Made by a program: the position numbers and the translations under genes. DNA of 64,000 nt from an uncultured Bacteroidota bacterium. GTDB lineage: Bacteria > Bacteroidota > Bacteroidia > Bacteroidales > GCA-2748055. The first letter of the stretch is position 1; every line of letters begins with the position of its first letter. Location of the stretch: assembly GCA_963747365.1 (NCBI GenBank), contig CAVVFB010000006.1, forward strand, positions 148,040 to 212,039. The letters are read 5' to 3'. A model generated the notes under the pieces. That model was not told the DNA's origin. It saw only the letters and a list, made by a program, of their open reading frames with translations, and did no database searches. This document shows positions 38,424 to 47,734 of the stretch, one piece after another.

Positions 38424-39785
38424 ATGAGCAGGTACTTTCACGATATTGTCATCGCCATTGAATCGATCATGGCGAACCAGTTAAGGAGCCTACTGACTGC
38501 GCTGGGTATTATATTCGGCGTGGCTGCGGTGATCACGATGCTGGCCATTGGTCGGGGGGCTCAGAAAGAGATCCTGGAACAGATCAAAATGGTAGGGGTT
38601 AACAACATTATGATCACACCCATTGTGGAGGTGGCCTCCGGTGATGATTCGGAATCAAGCGGGGAGAACAAGCAGGCAAAGAAATTCTCCCCCGGTCTCA
38701 CCCTCCAGGATGTGAAAGCCATTAAAGATGTGCTTCCTTCTGTAAAGAGGGTTTCTCCTGAAATCGCTCTTAACAGTTTTGTCATACAGGGAGGGAAACG
38801 TGCCACCGCAAAATTACTGGGAGTATCAAATGAGTATTTCGAAATCTTCAATCTGCAGCTTTCAGAAGGCACATTCTTCAACAGTTACCAGGAGGAGAAC
38901 GGAATCCCGGTCTGTGTGATTGGCGATAACATCAAGAACAAATTCTTCAGCAAGGAGAATCCCATAGGCAAATACATCAAGTTTGATAAAGTCTGGCTGA
39001 AGGTAGTGGGGGTGCTGGAAAAATCCGATGTCAGCCTGACCCGGTTTGAGAACATTGGTGTCAATGTCATGAATGACAACATCTATATACCGGTAGGGAC
39101 CATGCTGCTCAGGTACCAGAACCGGGCCCTGGTGGGATCACGCATCAAGGGAAGCGCAGGGACCAGCATGATGGGGGACCATTTTCATTCCATTGCCATC
39201 AGTGTAAGTCCCACCCAGAACGCCTCGTCCAATTACCACCAGCTGGACCGGATCGTGGTACAGGTGAATGAATCATTCGAACTATCCCCATCCACCGAAC
39301 TGCTTGCCCGGCTGATGCTTAGGCGGCATGAGGAGGTGAAAGATTTTGAGATCACCGTTCCCGAACTGCTGCTGAAACAGGAGCAGCGGACCAAGGATGT
39401 TTTCAATATAGTACTTGGGGCCATTGCCAGTATCTCACTTCTGGTGGGAGGGATTGGGATCATGAACATCATGTTTGCCTCTGTGATGGAGCGTATTAAG
39501 GAAATTGGGACACGGCTCGCCATTGGGGCACAGAAGAGGGATATCGTGGTCCAGTTCCTGGCCGAGGCAGTGCTGATCAGCGTGAGCGGTGGGTTGGTGG
39601 GGGTAATCATCGGGATTGTATCTTCCTACCTGATCACCAAATTTGCTGATATCATGACCGTGGTGACTCCCCTGAGTGTGGTCATTTCATTTGCAGTTTC
39701 CGCCTCAGTGGGAGTGATATTTGGATACTCCCCGGCAAAACGGGCATCCGAAAGGGATCCCATAGAATCATTAAGGTATGAATAA
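38424..39785 (+). CDS. MacB-like ABC transporter permease (MacB periplasmic domain plus FtsX); no ATPase domain
   Basis: The start is taken at ATG 38424 (MSRYFHDIVIAIESIMANQLRSLLTALGIIFGVAAVI), 5 nt after the adaptor stop. It has a large periplasmic domain and a C-terminal FtsX-type TM bundle, with no Walker motifs. Confidence 0.88.
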   Translation: MSRYFHDIVIAIESIMANQLRSLLTALGIIFGVAAVITMLAIGRGAQKEILEQIKMVGVNNIMITPIVEVASGDDSESSGENKQAKKFSPGLTLQDVKAIKDVLPSVKRVSPEIALNSFVIQGGKRATAKLLGVSNEYFEIFNLQLSEGTFFNSYQEENGIPVCVIGDNIKNKFFSKENPIGKYIKFDKVWLKVVGVLEKSDVSLTRFENIGVNVMNDNIYIPVGTMLLRYQNRALVGSRIKGSAGTSMMGDHFHSIAISVSPTQNASSNYHQLDRIVVQVNESFELSPSTELLARLMLRRHEEVKDFEITVPELLLKQEQRTKDVFNIVLGAIASISLLVGGIGIMNIMFASVMERIKEIGTRLAIGAQKRDIVVQFLAEAVLISVSGGLVGVIIGIVSSYLITKFADIMTVVTPLSVVISFAVSASVGVIFGYSPAKRASERDPIESLRYE

Positions 39786-41277
39786 CATGTATCGCATTGC
39801 AATTTTCTTGGCCGTTCTTCTTTTTTCCAGGGATATGAAGGCTCAGAGTGAATCGGAAGCCGGGGATATCATACTGACTCTTCCGGAGGTGATCGAGCTG
39901 GCCCGGGACCAGTCGCTGATGGGGCTGATGGCCCGGCACCAGTTTCGCAGCAGCTACTGGGAGTACCGGACCCACATTGCAAGGTTCCGGCCGGGGCTGA
40001 GTCTGGAAGCAACGATTCCCTCGCTGAATAACGTCATGAAGAGTGTGACCCAGCCCGACGGATCTGAAAAATTCGTCTCTGCCTCCAATATGCAAACGGG
40101 CCTGGATCTGCAGCTCAACCAGAATATCGGCCTTACAGGGGGACAGGTGTTTGTGACCTCCCAGATTCAGCGGAACGACAATTTTACCGAGGATCCTCCC
40201 ACAACCTATCTGGCCTATCCTGTAACGATCGGGTTCATACAACCTATTAACGGATATAACTCCCTGCGATGGGACCGGAAAATTGAACCCATGAAATTTG
40301 AGGAGGCAAAACTGGCCTATATCAATACCATGGAGAGGGTGAGCCAGCGGGCGGTGGGTTACTTTTTTGACCTGGCCCTGGCCCAGATCAATCTTGAGAT
40401 TGCTAAAAAAAATTATGCCAACACAGATACGCTTTACCAGATCGCCCTAGGTCGTTACCAGCTGGGGACCATCGCTGAGAATGAGTTATTGCAGATGGAG
40501 TTAAGTTCCCTGAACTCGGGTGCAGCGCTGAATGAAGCCAACATCGACCTGGCATTGCGTAAATCAAGACTCAGATCCTTCCTTGGATTCAACGACCGGG
40601 TGAATGTGGAGCTAACACTTCCCAGGGAGGTTCCCGACATGACCCTCGATTTCGGCAGGACACTGGTTGAGGCAAAAGCCAACAACCCGGAGATCCTGAG
40701 TATGCAACGGCAGCTGCTGGAAGCAGAACGTCAGGTGGCAGAGGCCAAGTCCCAGAAAGGAATCAGGGCCGATCTGTTTGCCCAGGTGGGATTGAGCCAG
40801 AATGCCGAGACCTTAAGTGGAGCCTATCAGAACCCCATTAACCAGCAGCGTGTTCAGGTAGGTGTGCAGGTGCCCCTGCTTGACTGGGGACTGGGCCGCG
40901 GCCAATACCGGATGGCCCAGTCGGCCCAGGAGGTGACCAGGACTGATGTGAGGCAATCGCAGATTGATTTTGATGAAAATATCTTTCTCCAGGTAATGCA
41001 GTTTAACCTTCAGGATGACCAGGTGGCCATTGCCTCAAAGGCAGATACCATAGCCAACCTCCGGTACGAGGTAACCAAACAGCGGTTCCTTATCGGGAAG
41101 ATCGATGTGCTGGATCTGAACGTGGCCCTTGAAGAGAAGGATGTGGCCAGGCGGGGATTCGTTCAGGCACTCAGGAACTACTGGAATTACTATTACGATC
41201 TGAGGGGCTTAACCCTGTATGACTGGCAGAAGGATGTAAAGCTTCTGGAGGATTTCGACGAACTCCTGGTGCAATAA
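39778..41277 (+). CDS. TolC family outer membrane protein
   Basis: 499 aa with a signal peptide and duplicated OEP repeats. Its start overlaps the permease stop (ATGAATAA). Confidence 0.88.
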   Translation: MNNMYRIAIFLAVLLFSRDMKAQSESEAGDIILTLPEVIELARDQSLMGLMARHQFRSSYWEYRTHIARFRPGLSLEATIPSLNNVMKSVTQPDGSEKFVSASNMQTGLDLQLNQNIGLTGGQVFVTSQIQRNDNFTEDPPTTYLAYPVTIGFIQPINGYNSLRWDRKIEPMKFEEAKLAYINTMERVSQRAVGYFFDLALAQINLEIAKKNYANTDTLYQIALGRYQLGTIAENELLQMELSSLNSGAALNEANIDLALRKSRLRSFLGFNDRVNVELTLPREVPDMTLDFGRTLVEAKANNPEILSMQRQLLEAERQVAEAKSQKGIRADLFAQVGLSQNAETLSGAYQNPINQQRVQVGVQVPLLDWGLGRGQYRMAQSAQEVTRTDVRQSQIDFDENIFLQVMQFNLQDDQVAIASKADTIANLRYEVTKQRFLIGKIDVLDLNVALEEKDVARRGFVQALRNYWNYYYDLRGLTLYDWQKDVKLLEDFDELLVQ

Positions 41278-41281
41278 CCTC

Positions 41282-42463
41282 CTATTTCCTGAACTTTTCA
41301 GAATAGTTAAAAATCCAATTCAGGATCGACTCGTCCATTTTGGATAGTTGCTGACCTCTGCGCTCCATAACCAGCGAAGCAGTCTCCAGCACCTTATTCA
41401 TTTGATTGGTGGTCATCCCGGCGGCTCCTCCCCAGGAAAATGAAGGGATGAAACTGCGGGGGAATCCCGAACCGAATATATTGGCAGCGACCCCGACCAC
41501 CGTTCCTGTATTGAACATGGTATTGATTCCGCACTTGGAGTGATCACCCATGATCAGTCCGCAGAATTGCAATCCCGATTTAATAAATCTTTCCTTCGGG
41601 TAATTCCAGACTTTTACCTCTGCATAGTTGTTCTTGAGGTTGGAGTTGTTGGTGTCTGCTCCCAGGTTGCACCATTCTCCGAGAACCGAGTTTCCCAGGA
41701 ACCCGTCATGACCCTTGTTGGAGTTGGAGTGAATCACACAATTGTTTACCTCTCCACCTATTTTACTATGGGGTCCGACGGTGGTAGGACCATAAACCTT
41801 TGCCGCCAGTTTCACAGTTGATCCTTCACAAAGTGCAAAGGGTCCCCTGATCACGCTACCCTCCATTATCTCACTGTTTTGTCCCAGGTAGATGGGACCC
41901 GTTGAGGCATTGAGTGTGATGTGTTCTCCCCTGAATCCCTGCTCAATAAAAATATTTTCCGGCGATATTACCCTTACCGTATCACTCAATCGACCGCTCT
42001 TTCGGCCAAAAGTGATCAACCCCAGGTCAGCCCCAATCTCCTGCCCGTTCAACTGGAATATTTTCCAGGGGAAATCGATCATGAAAACCTCCCCGGGGAA
42101 TTCGCCGGCCGAATTTATCCACTTTTGAAGGTTGAACTTTTTTGCTTCGGAAGCTCCGGTACGAAAACCCAGCAGGAGATCCCCTTTTTTCAGGGAATCT
42201 CCCTTCTGAAGCGCCCGCAGGGCATTCAGGAGCTCTTTACCGGGAAGGAGTGAGCCGTTTATCAGCAGGTTATCAGTTCCTGCAATGAATGGAAACTTTT
42301 CCGACAGATGTTTTTGGGTCAGGTGGGCGGGAGTTGATTCAAGATATTTTGCCCACTTCTCTGCAATGGTCAGAATCCCTACCCTGAGGTCGGCAACCGG
42401 GCGGGTAAAAGTAAGGGGAAGCAGGTTTTCCCAGGAGTGGTCATCGAAGAGGATGAGCTGCAT
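41282..42463 (-). CDS. Putative sugar nucleotidyltransferase with a left-handed beta-helix C-terminus (alternative GlmU-like family)
   Basis: The start is taken at ATG 42463 (MQLILFDDHSWENLLPLTFTRPVADLRVGILTI). The ORF extension to 42520 would run through the rpmE terminator hairpin. Hexapeptide-repeat-like sequence occupies the C-terminal half. Confidence 0.75.
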   Translation of the reverse strand: MQLILFDDHSWENLLPLTFTRPVADLRVGILTIAEKWAKYLESTPAHLTQKHLSEKFPFIAGTDNLLINGSLLPGKELLNALRALQKGDSLKKGDLLLGFRTGASEAKKFNLQKWINSAGEFPGEVFMIDFPWKIFQLNGQEIGADLGLITFGRKSGRLSDTVRVISPENIFIEQGFRGEHITLNASTGPIYLGQNSEIMEGSVIRGPFALCEGSTVKLAAKVYGPTTVGPHSKIGGEVNNCVIHSNSNKGHDGFLGNSVLGEWCNLGADTNNSNLKNNYAEVKVWNYPKERFIKSGLQFCGLIMGDHSKCGINTMFNTGTVVGVAANIFGSGFPRSFIPSFSWGGAAGMTTNQMNKVLETASLVMERRGQQLSKMDESILNWIFNYSEKFRK

Positions 42464-42481
42464 TTTTTGTTTTAAATGTAC

Positions 42482-42514
42482 AAAAAAAAGCCACCCTGCG
42501 AGGGATGGCTTTTT
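42482..42514 (-). terminator. Rho-independent terminator of rpmE
   Basis: On the minus strand the hairpin GCCATCCCT-CGC-AGGGTGGC (one bulge) is followed by T8. It lies 23 nt downstream of the rpmE stop. Confidence 0.8.
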
Positions 42515-42536
42515 CCACAAAGGTTATTAATACCTT

Positions 42537-42803
42537 CTATTTTTTCTTCTTGTCCAGGTGTGTCTTGTATCGGTTCATGAACTTGTCCACACGACCGGCG
42601 GTATCAACCAGTTTCATCTTACCTGTATAGAATGGGTGAGAAGAGCTGGAAATTTCGAGTTTGATCAGCGGGTATTCAATCCCGTCATCCAATTTAACAG
42701 TCTCCCTGGAATTTGCAGTTGACTTGGTTATGAAGGTTTCCCCGTTGGACATGTCCCTGAAAGCAACAAGTCTGTAATTCTTTGGATGTATATCTTTTTT
42801 CAT
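42537..42803 (-). CDS. rpmE: 50S ribosomal protein L31, type B (no zinc-binding CxxC)
   Basis: 88 aa ([10 protein letters not shown]...[11 protein letters not shown]......GRVDKF.NRY). It lacks the CxxC pairs. Confidence 0.92.
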   Translation of the reverse strand: MKKDIHPKNYRLVAFRDMSNGETFITKSTANSRETVKLDDGIEYPLIKLEISSSSHPFYTGKMKLVDTAGRVDKFMNRYKTHLDKKKK

Positions 42804-42837
42804 TGTACTATTTCTTTCAATTTTTCAAAACGGAATG

Positions 42838-42845
42838 CAAAGATA
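42838..42845 (-). promoter_or_regulatory. Candidate -7 box (TATCTTTG) for rpmE
   Basis: The reverse complement of caaagata matches TAnnTTTG about 35 nt upstream of the ATG at 42803. Confidence 0.45.
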
Positions 42846-42892
42846 AAAATGTTTGTCAGAACTTCAAAATATTTGTTATAAATAGATACCTG

Positions 42893-44102
42893 TCAGTCGG
42901 ATATTAATGCGCCGGGAGGCAACTTGCCCAGATCAACCACCTCTCCCATGAACCGTTCAAAGGGTTTCTCCCTGTCGAACAGGTACCTGTAAGTAATATG
43001 GGTTTTTGTATGCTGGGCGCCGGTGTTCAGATAGAGATCAATCATTTTAGGATTAAAATCGCCCACCCATGCCAATTCAATGTGTTTAAAATAGGGTTTG
43101 TTTTTCACAGCCTCATTGAGCTGCCATATAATTCCGGACTCAACGCCCGAGTTTTGGAATTTCGGGACGACGCCAGCAACAGTACCCCTGAAACGGGTAA
43201 TGGTATTCTTTCTTTTATAATAGAGAAAGCGTAATTTGTTGACCAGATGTAATTTCCCATTCAGGTGTCTGAATATCTGGTTGGCATCGGGAAGAAACAT
43301 AAAGAAAGAGATGGGTTTGCCCTCATAATATGCATACCAGATCAGCTCGGGATCCATGATGTCCCTGATCTTTCGTAACTCATCGTTAAGAGAATCCGGA
43401 TCCATGGGAGTAAAATCCTTCCTGAGGGGCCGCCAGGCATCGTTGTAGATAGAGATGGTATCCTCAATAAACTTTGATTTAAGTTTTGGATCAAAGTGCT
43501 TGTAGGAGTATCCCTTGCGTTTATTGATCCACTCTGCAATTTTCCAGAATCGCTCCGGGAACGGTTTATCAAGGTCAATCTGGAAACTCAGTTGCCTGTA
43601 ATATAGTTTAAAGCCGTAATTTTCGAAAAGCCCCTGGTAATAGGGTAGATTGTAGGTCATCCCCAGGACCGGTGGTGTAAAGCCCTGAACCAGGCAACCC
43701 CAGTTGGTGTCGTTCTCCCCGAAATTGACAGGGCCTGTCATGGCTTCATACCCCCGCCCGGTAAGCCACTGTTTTGCAGTATCGAAAAGCAGGTTTGCCA
43801 CCGCGGGGTCATTGACCGATTCAAAAAATCCGCAACCCCCGTTTTTCAACTCTTCAGACCCATCCTTATCGCGGTCATAGAATGCTGCGATACGACCTGC
43901 CACACGGTTCTTTTCATCCAGTGCGATCCACCGTACCGCATCCCCGTGCTTAAAGTAGGGATTCACTTTCCGGTTGAAGGCCTTCCGGATCTCGCTGTCG
44001 AACGGGATGACATAGTTGGGGTCATCCCTGTAGAGTTACACGGGGAAACATGAGAAATGATCTTTCACTGCTTCTGTTGTTTACCGGAACAATCTTTATC
44101 AT
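42893..44102 (-). pseudogene. GNAT-fold acyltransferase-like protein of an uncharacterised ~400-aa family, interrupted by one frameshift near codon 24
   Basis: ATG 44102 overlaps the upstream gene's stop (ATGA) and encodes MIKIVPVNNRSSERSFLMFPRVTLQG*. The family-like sequence continues in another frame as LYRDDPNYVIPFDSEIRKAFNRKVNPYFKHGDAVRW... down to 42893. The largest intact ORF is 42893-43966 (GTG start). Confidence 0.6.
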
Positions 44103-45595
44103 AGTTTAAACCAGTCTTCCATGATCTTATCTTCAATGGGATGGCCGACCTGCGTGTGGTGAATGTACTCATTCTTCCTGGGTATATAAACATACTCCTC
44201 CGCCCACATGAGGTGGTGAAGGGTGATCTCCTGAATGGCCTGAAGGATCAGCCTCACCTCCTCATCGGTCATGGTGGGGTGAAGCGACCATCTCACCCAT
44301 CCCGGCTTTTCAGTGAGGTCGCCGTGATTTATTTTATCAGTGATCTCCTGCGACTGGTCGTAGGAAACTTCCAGGAGAAAGTGACCATAGGTTCCGGCAC
44401 AGGCACAACCTCCGCGGGTCTGGATGCCAAACCGGTCATTCAGCAACTTAACGAAAAGGTTGAAATGAATGTCAGGATGAAAAAAAGAGATTACACCCAG
44501 CCGTTTGTCCACATCCCCGGCAAGTATTTCAATCCCCTGAATTTTTCGCAGTCCGGGCAAAGCGAGCTCCAGGAGCTCCTCCTCCCTTGCCAGGATTTTA
44601 TCCACACCCATCTGCTCCTTCAGCTTAATGGCCAGGGAGGCCTTGATGGACTGCAGAAAACCGGGCGTGCCCCCGTCTTCCCTCACCTCTATGTCATCCA
44701 CATATTTATACTTTCCCCATGGATTGGTCCAATCGACAGTCCCCCCGCCTGGGTTGTCCGGCACCTCGGCAGCATACATGGCTTTATCAAAAATAAGAAC
44801 TCCCGAGGAACCGGGTCCGCCTAGAAATTTATGGGGAGAGAAAAAGATGGCATCCAGTTTCTCCATAGGATCTTCTGGGTGCATATCCATTTTCATATAA
44901 GGAGCACTGGCTGCAAAATCGATGAAAACAACCCCACCGTATTCATGCATGATCCGGGCCATTTCGTGGTAGGGAGTATTGACACCTGTCACATTGGAAC
45001 AAGCCGTAAATGAACCGATCTTAAATTTACGGTTCCTGTAAAGCTCCAGCTTCCTTCTCAGATCATCCAGATCCACACGCAAGTCGCCGGTGGGTTCAAT
45101 CATCACCACATCGGCCAGGGTTTCGAACCATGAGGTGTGATTGGAGTGGTGTTCCATGTGGGTGAGAAAGACCACCGGACGGTCGGCCTGTTTCACACAA
45201 TCATTACTACCTCCGCAACCCTTCAGACTGAGGATCCTCATGAGCTTGTTGATTACCGCGGTCATACCGTAACCGGCAGTAATAATTACATCGTTTGGAC
45301 CCGCATTCACATGCTCCTTGATCAGCTTATGTGAACGTTGGTAGGCCCTGGTCATCAACGAACCGGTCAGGGTGGTCTCACTATGCGTGTTGGCTACGAA
45401 TGGGCCGAACTGACTCTGTAACTTATTTTCAATGGGTTCATAGAGTCTCCCGCTGGCGATCCAGTCCGCATAGATGATCCTTCTGGTGCCGTATGGCGAT
45501 TCAAAGGTGGTTTCGTTCCCGATGATCTTCTCCCTGAAAGGTTCGAAATATTTTTCTAAATCACTCACTTCGTTTTTTTTAATCCCTTCCGGCAA
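44099..45595 (-). CDS. Class V-fold PLP-dependent enzyme (cysteine desulfurase / selenocysteine lyase-like)
   Basis: 498 aa with the PLP-lysine block FSPHKFLGGPGSSGVL and the C-terminal active-site-loop-like block TRGGCACAG. Confidence 0.8.
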   Translation of the reverse strand: MPEGIKKNEVSDLEKYFEPFREKIIGNETTFESPYGTRRIIYADWIASGRLYEPIENKLQSQFGPFVANTHSETTLTGSLMTRAYQRSHKLIKEHVNAGPNDVIITAGYGMTAVINKLMRILSLKGCGGSNDCVKQADRPVVFLTHMEHHSNHTSWFETLADVVMIEPTGDLRVDLDDLRRKLELYRNRKFKIGSFTACSNVTGVNTPYHEMARIMHEYGGVVFIDFAASAPYMKMDMHPEDPMEKLDAIFFSPHKFLGGPGSSGVLIFDKAMYAAEVPDNPGGGTVDWTNPWGKYKYVDDIEVREDGGTPGFLQSIKASLAIKLKEQMGVDKILAREEELLELALPGLRKIQGIEILAGDVDKRLGVISFFHPDIHFNLFVKLLNDRFGIQTRGGCACAGTYGHFLLEVSYDQSQEITDKINHGDLTEKPGWVRWSLHPTMTDEEVRLILQAIQEITLHHLMWAEEYVYIPRKNEYIHHTQVGHPIEDKIMEDWFKL

Positions 45596-46328
45596 ATCTG
45601 GATAGCAGCCTCAGGAATTCTATATAAAGCCATATCAGTGTTACCATCAATCCGAATGCCCCATACCATTCCATGTATTTGGGAGCACCCATCTGAGATC
45701 CTTTCTCTATGAAATCGAAATCCATGATCAGGTTCAGGGCTGCTACCACGATGATCACCAGGCTGATGATGATTCCCAGGGGACCTGAAGAATGCATGAA
45801 ACCCATGGGGATTCCCAGCAGGCTCAGGATCCAGCTGATCAGGTATGCAAAGAAAACCGCACCCGTGGCCATCATCACACCCCTTCTGAATTTTGGCGTA
45901 GCCCTGATATGGCCCGACCGGTAAAGAAACAACATTGTAAAGAGTGTCCCGATGGTAAGGAGTACAGCCTGGAATGCCACTCCGGGGTATTGTGCATTGA
46001 TCACGGCACTGATGGCTCCCAGGAACATTCCTTCCAGGATGGCGTAGACGGGAGCCGTATACGGGGAGGATTTGGGGCTGAAAACGGTGATCATTGCCAA
46101 AATAAAACCGCCTATTCCACCGACGATGGCCAGGGTGCCCACCCTGCCCGGATCATCACCAAGGACCAATTTCCATGTGTAGGAGGCCGATGCGATTAAC
46201 AGCAGAAGCATCAGCCCTATTTTATTGAGTGTACCGGTGATTGTCATTGCACTTTCCGAAGCTGAACTTCCTGCCTTTTCATATATACTTCCTGTCATTA
46301 CAGGATTTGATGATCTTAATGCTCTCAT
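45579..46328 (-). CDS. Bax inhibitor-1/YccA-like integral membrane protein
   Basis: 249 aa with about 7 hydrophobic helices. The N-terminus (RSSNPVM........MT..GT..K) matches my recollection of the COG4760-type family. Confidence 0.65.
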   Translation of the reverse strand: MRALRSSNPVMTGSIYEKAGSSASESAMTITGTLNKIGLMLLLLIASASYTWKLVLGDDPGRVGTLAIVGGIGGFILAMITVFSPKSSPYTAPVYAILEGMFLGAISAVINAQYPGVAFQAVLLTIGTLFTMLFLYRSGHIRATPKFRRGVMMATGAVFFAYLISWILSLLGIPMGFMHSSGPLGIIISLVIIVVAALNLIMDFDFIEKGSQMGAPKYMEWYGAFGLMVTLIWLYIEFLRLLSRFAGRD

Positions 46329-46345
46329 ATTTCAAAAATTTGTTT

Positions 46346-46353
46346 CAAATATA
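46346..46353 (-). promoter_or_regulatory. Candidate -7 box (TATATTTG) for the BI-1-like gene
   Basis: The reverse complement of caaatata matches TAnnTTTG 18-25 nt upstream of the ATG at 46328. Confidence 0.4.
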
Positions 46354-46447
46354 TATTATTTACATCGATTGGGTGATCAAAGGGCATGCCAATCAACAGG
46401 CCCTGCTGAAGCATGACACAATTGCAGTATAATTCTTACTTTTGGAG

Positions 46448-47734
46448 ATGTTTCAGGCCCTTCGCAAAATCTGGCACAACGAATTTTTCAAAAATGTGGC
46501 CACCCTGATCTCCGGGACTACATTTGCCCAGGCCTTTTCCGTGGTGATTTATGTGGTCCTGAGTCGAATCTATACGGAGGAGGACTTTGGGGTTTTCGGC
46601 CTCTATATGAACATCCTCAGTATCGCACTTATCTTCTCAACGGCCAAGTATGAACTGGCAATCCTGTTGCCAAGGAGTGATCGTGAATCGGTAAACCTCC
46701 TGGGCCTTTCGGGAATGATCAGCATAACGGTCAGCCTTATCTTGCTATTCATAATACTCCTGTTTAATAACCTGATTTGCAAATGGCTGGGAAGCGATGA
46801 GATCTCCCCATGGTTATATTTTATTCCCTTTTCCACGTTGCTAGTTGGCCTCTTTACATCTTTCCGGAACTACTCAAACCGCCAGAAGCGTTACAAGCTA
46901 ATTGCCGGGGCCAACATTGCCCAGAGCCTGGGGAACTCGCTGTTGAAGCTTGGCCTTGGCCTGGCTATGGCGGGAGCTGCAGGCCTGATCTTCGGAGTGG
47001 TTTTTGGTCAGCTTGTGGGATTACTATTGCTTGTGGTGGTTTTTATCCGGACCAACCGGCGAAAATGGTCCTGGTTAAAGCTTTCTGAAATGAAAAGACT
47101 TGGTAAGGAGTACAATCTTTTTCCAAGGTATAACATGTGGCAGGGTCTTGTGAATAATCTATCAGGCGCACTCCCGGTATTTATTCTAAGCTCATGGTTC
47201 TCCACCGGCATTGCAGGTATATTCACCTTCGGGTACATGGTCCTCTACCGGCCGGTAAACCTGGTGGCCACTGCGTTTTACCAGGTGTTCTTTCAACGGT
47301 TTTCAGAAAGACAAAGAGCGGGTCAGCCCATTCTGTCCGAGATAAGGCTTTTTCTTACAAGGACCATCCAATGGCTGATTGTACCGTTTGTGGTCTTTGG
47401 AATTTTCGCCCCTGGTATTTTCGGGTTCCTGTTTGGAGAGAGATGGATAGAAGCGGGAAAATATGCGCAGATCATGTTGCCATGGATCTTTGCGGTGAGT
47501 CTGACAATGCCCCTCTCCTTTATCCCCGATCTTTACAGGAAACAGAAGGAGGCCCTTTTCATCGACAGTATCAGGCTGGCCTGCCGGCTTGCAGGCCTGG
47601 TAACCGGGGTGGTGATGGAGAGTGTATACCTGGGTCTTGCTTTGTACAGTGGTGTGAGTGCAATCATGATCCTCTATAGCCTGACCTGGTATATCAGGCT
47701 TGTAAAAAAGAACCAAAAAACAGATGATGCGTAA
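46448..47734 (+). CDS. Polysaccharide biosynthesis / oligosaccharide flippase (Wzx-like) membrane protein
   Basis: About 428 aa and highly hydrophobic multi-pass. It is followed by a methyltransferase and a GT4. The ORF opens at TTG 46442. Confidence 0.75.
   Translation: MFQALRKIWHNEFFKNVATLISGTTFAQAFSVVIYVVLSRIYTEEDFGVFGLYMNILSIALIFSTAKYELAILLPRSDRESVNLLGLSGMISITVSLILLFIILLFNNLICKWLGSDEISPWLYFIPFSTLLVGLFTSFRNYSNRQKRYKLIAGANIAQSLGNSLLKLGLGLAMAGAAGLIFGVVFGQLVGLLLLVVVFIRTNRRKWSWLKLSEMKRLGKEYNLFPRYNMWQGLVNNLSGALPVFILSSWFSTGIAGIFTFGYMVLYRPVNLVATAFYQVFFQRFSERQRAGQPILSEIRLFLTRTIQWLIVPFVVFGIFAPGIFGFLFGERWIEAGKYAQIMLPWIFAVSLTMPLSFIPDLYRKQKEALFIDSIRLACRLAGLVTGVVMESVYLGLALYSGVSAIMILYSLTWYIRLVKKNQKTDDA

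Noticed and set aside
42464-42520. An N-terminal extension of the GlmU-like ORF (MWKKPSLAGWLFFVHLKQK).
   Set aside because: The extension is encoded by the rpmE terminator hairpin and its A/T runs. The conserved N-terminus starts at ATG 42463. Similar over-extended ORF starts were trimmed at 38358, 54424, 58362 and 59510.
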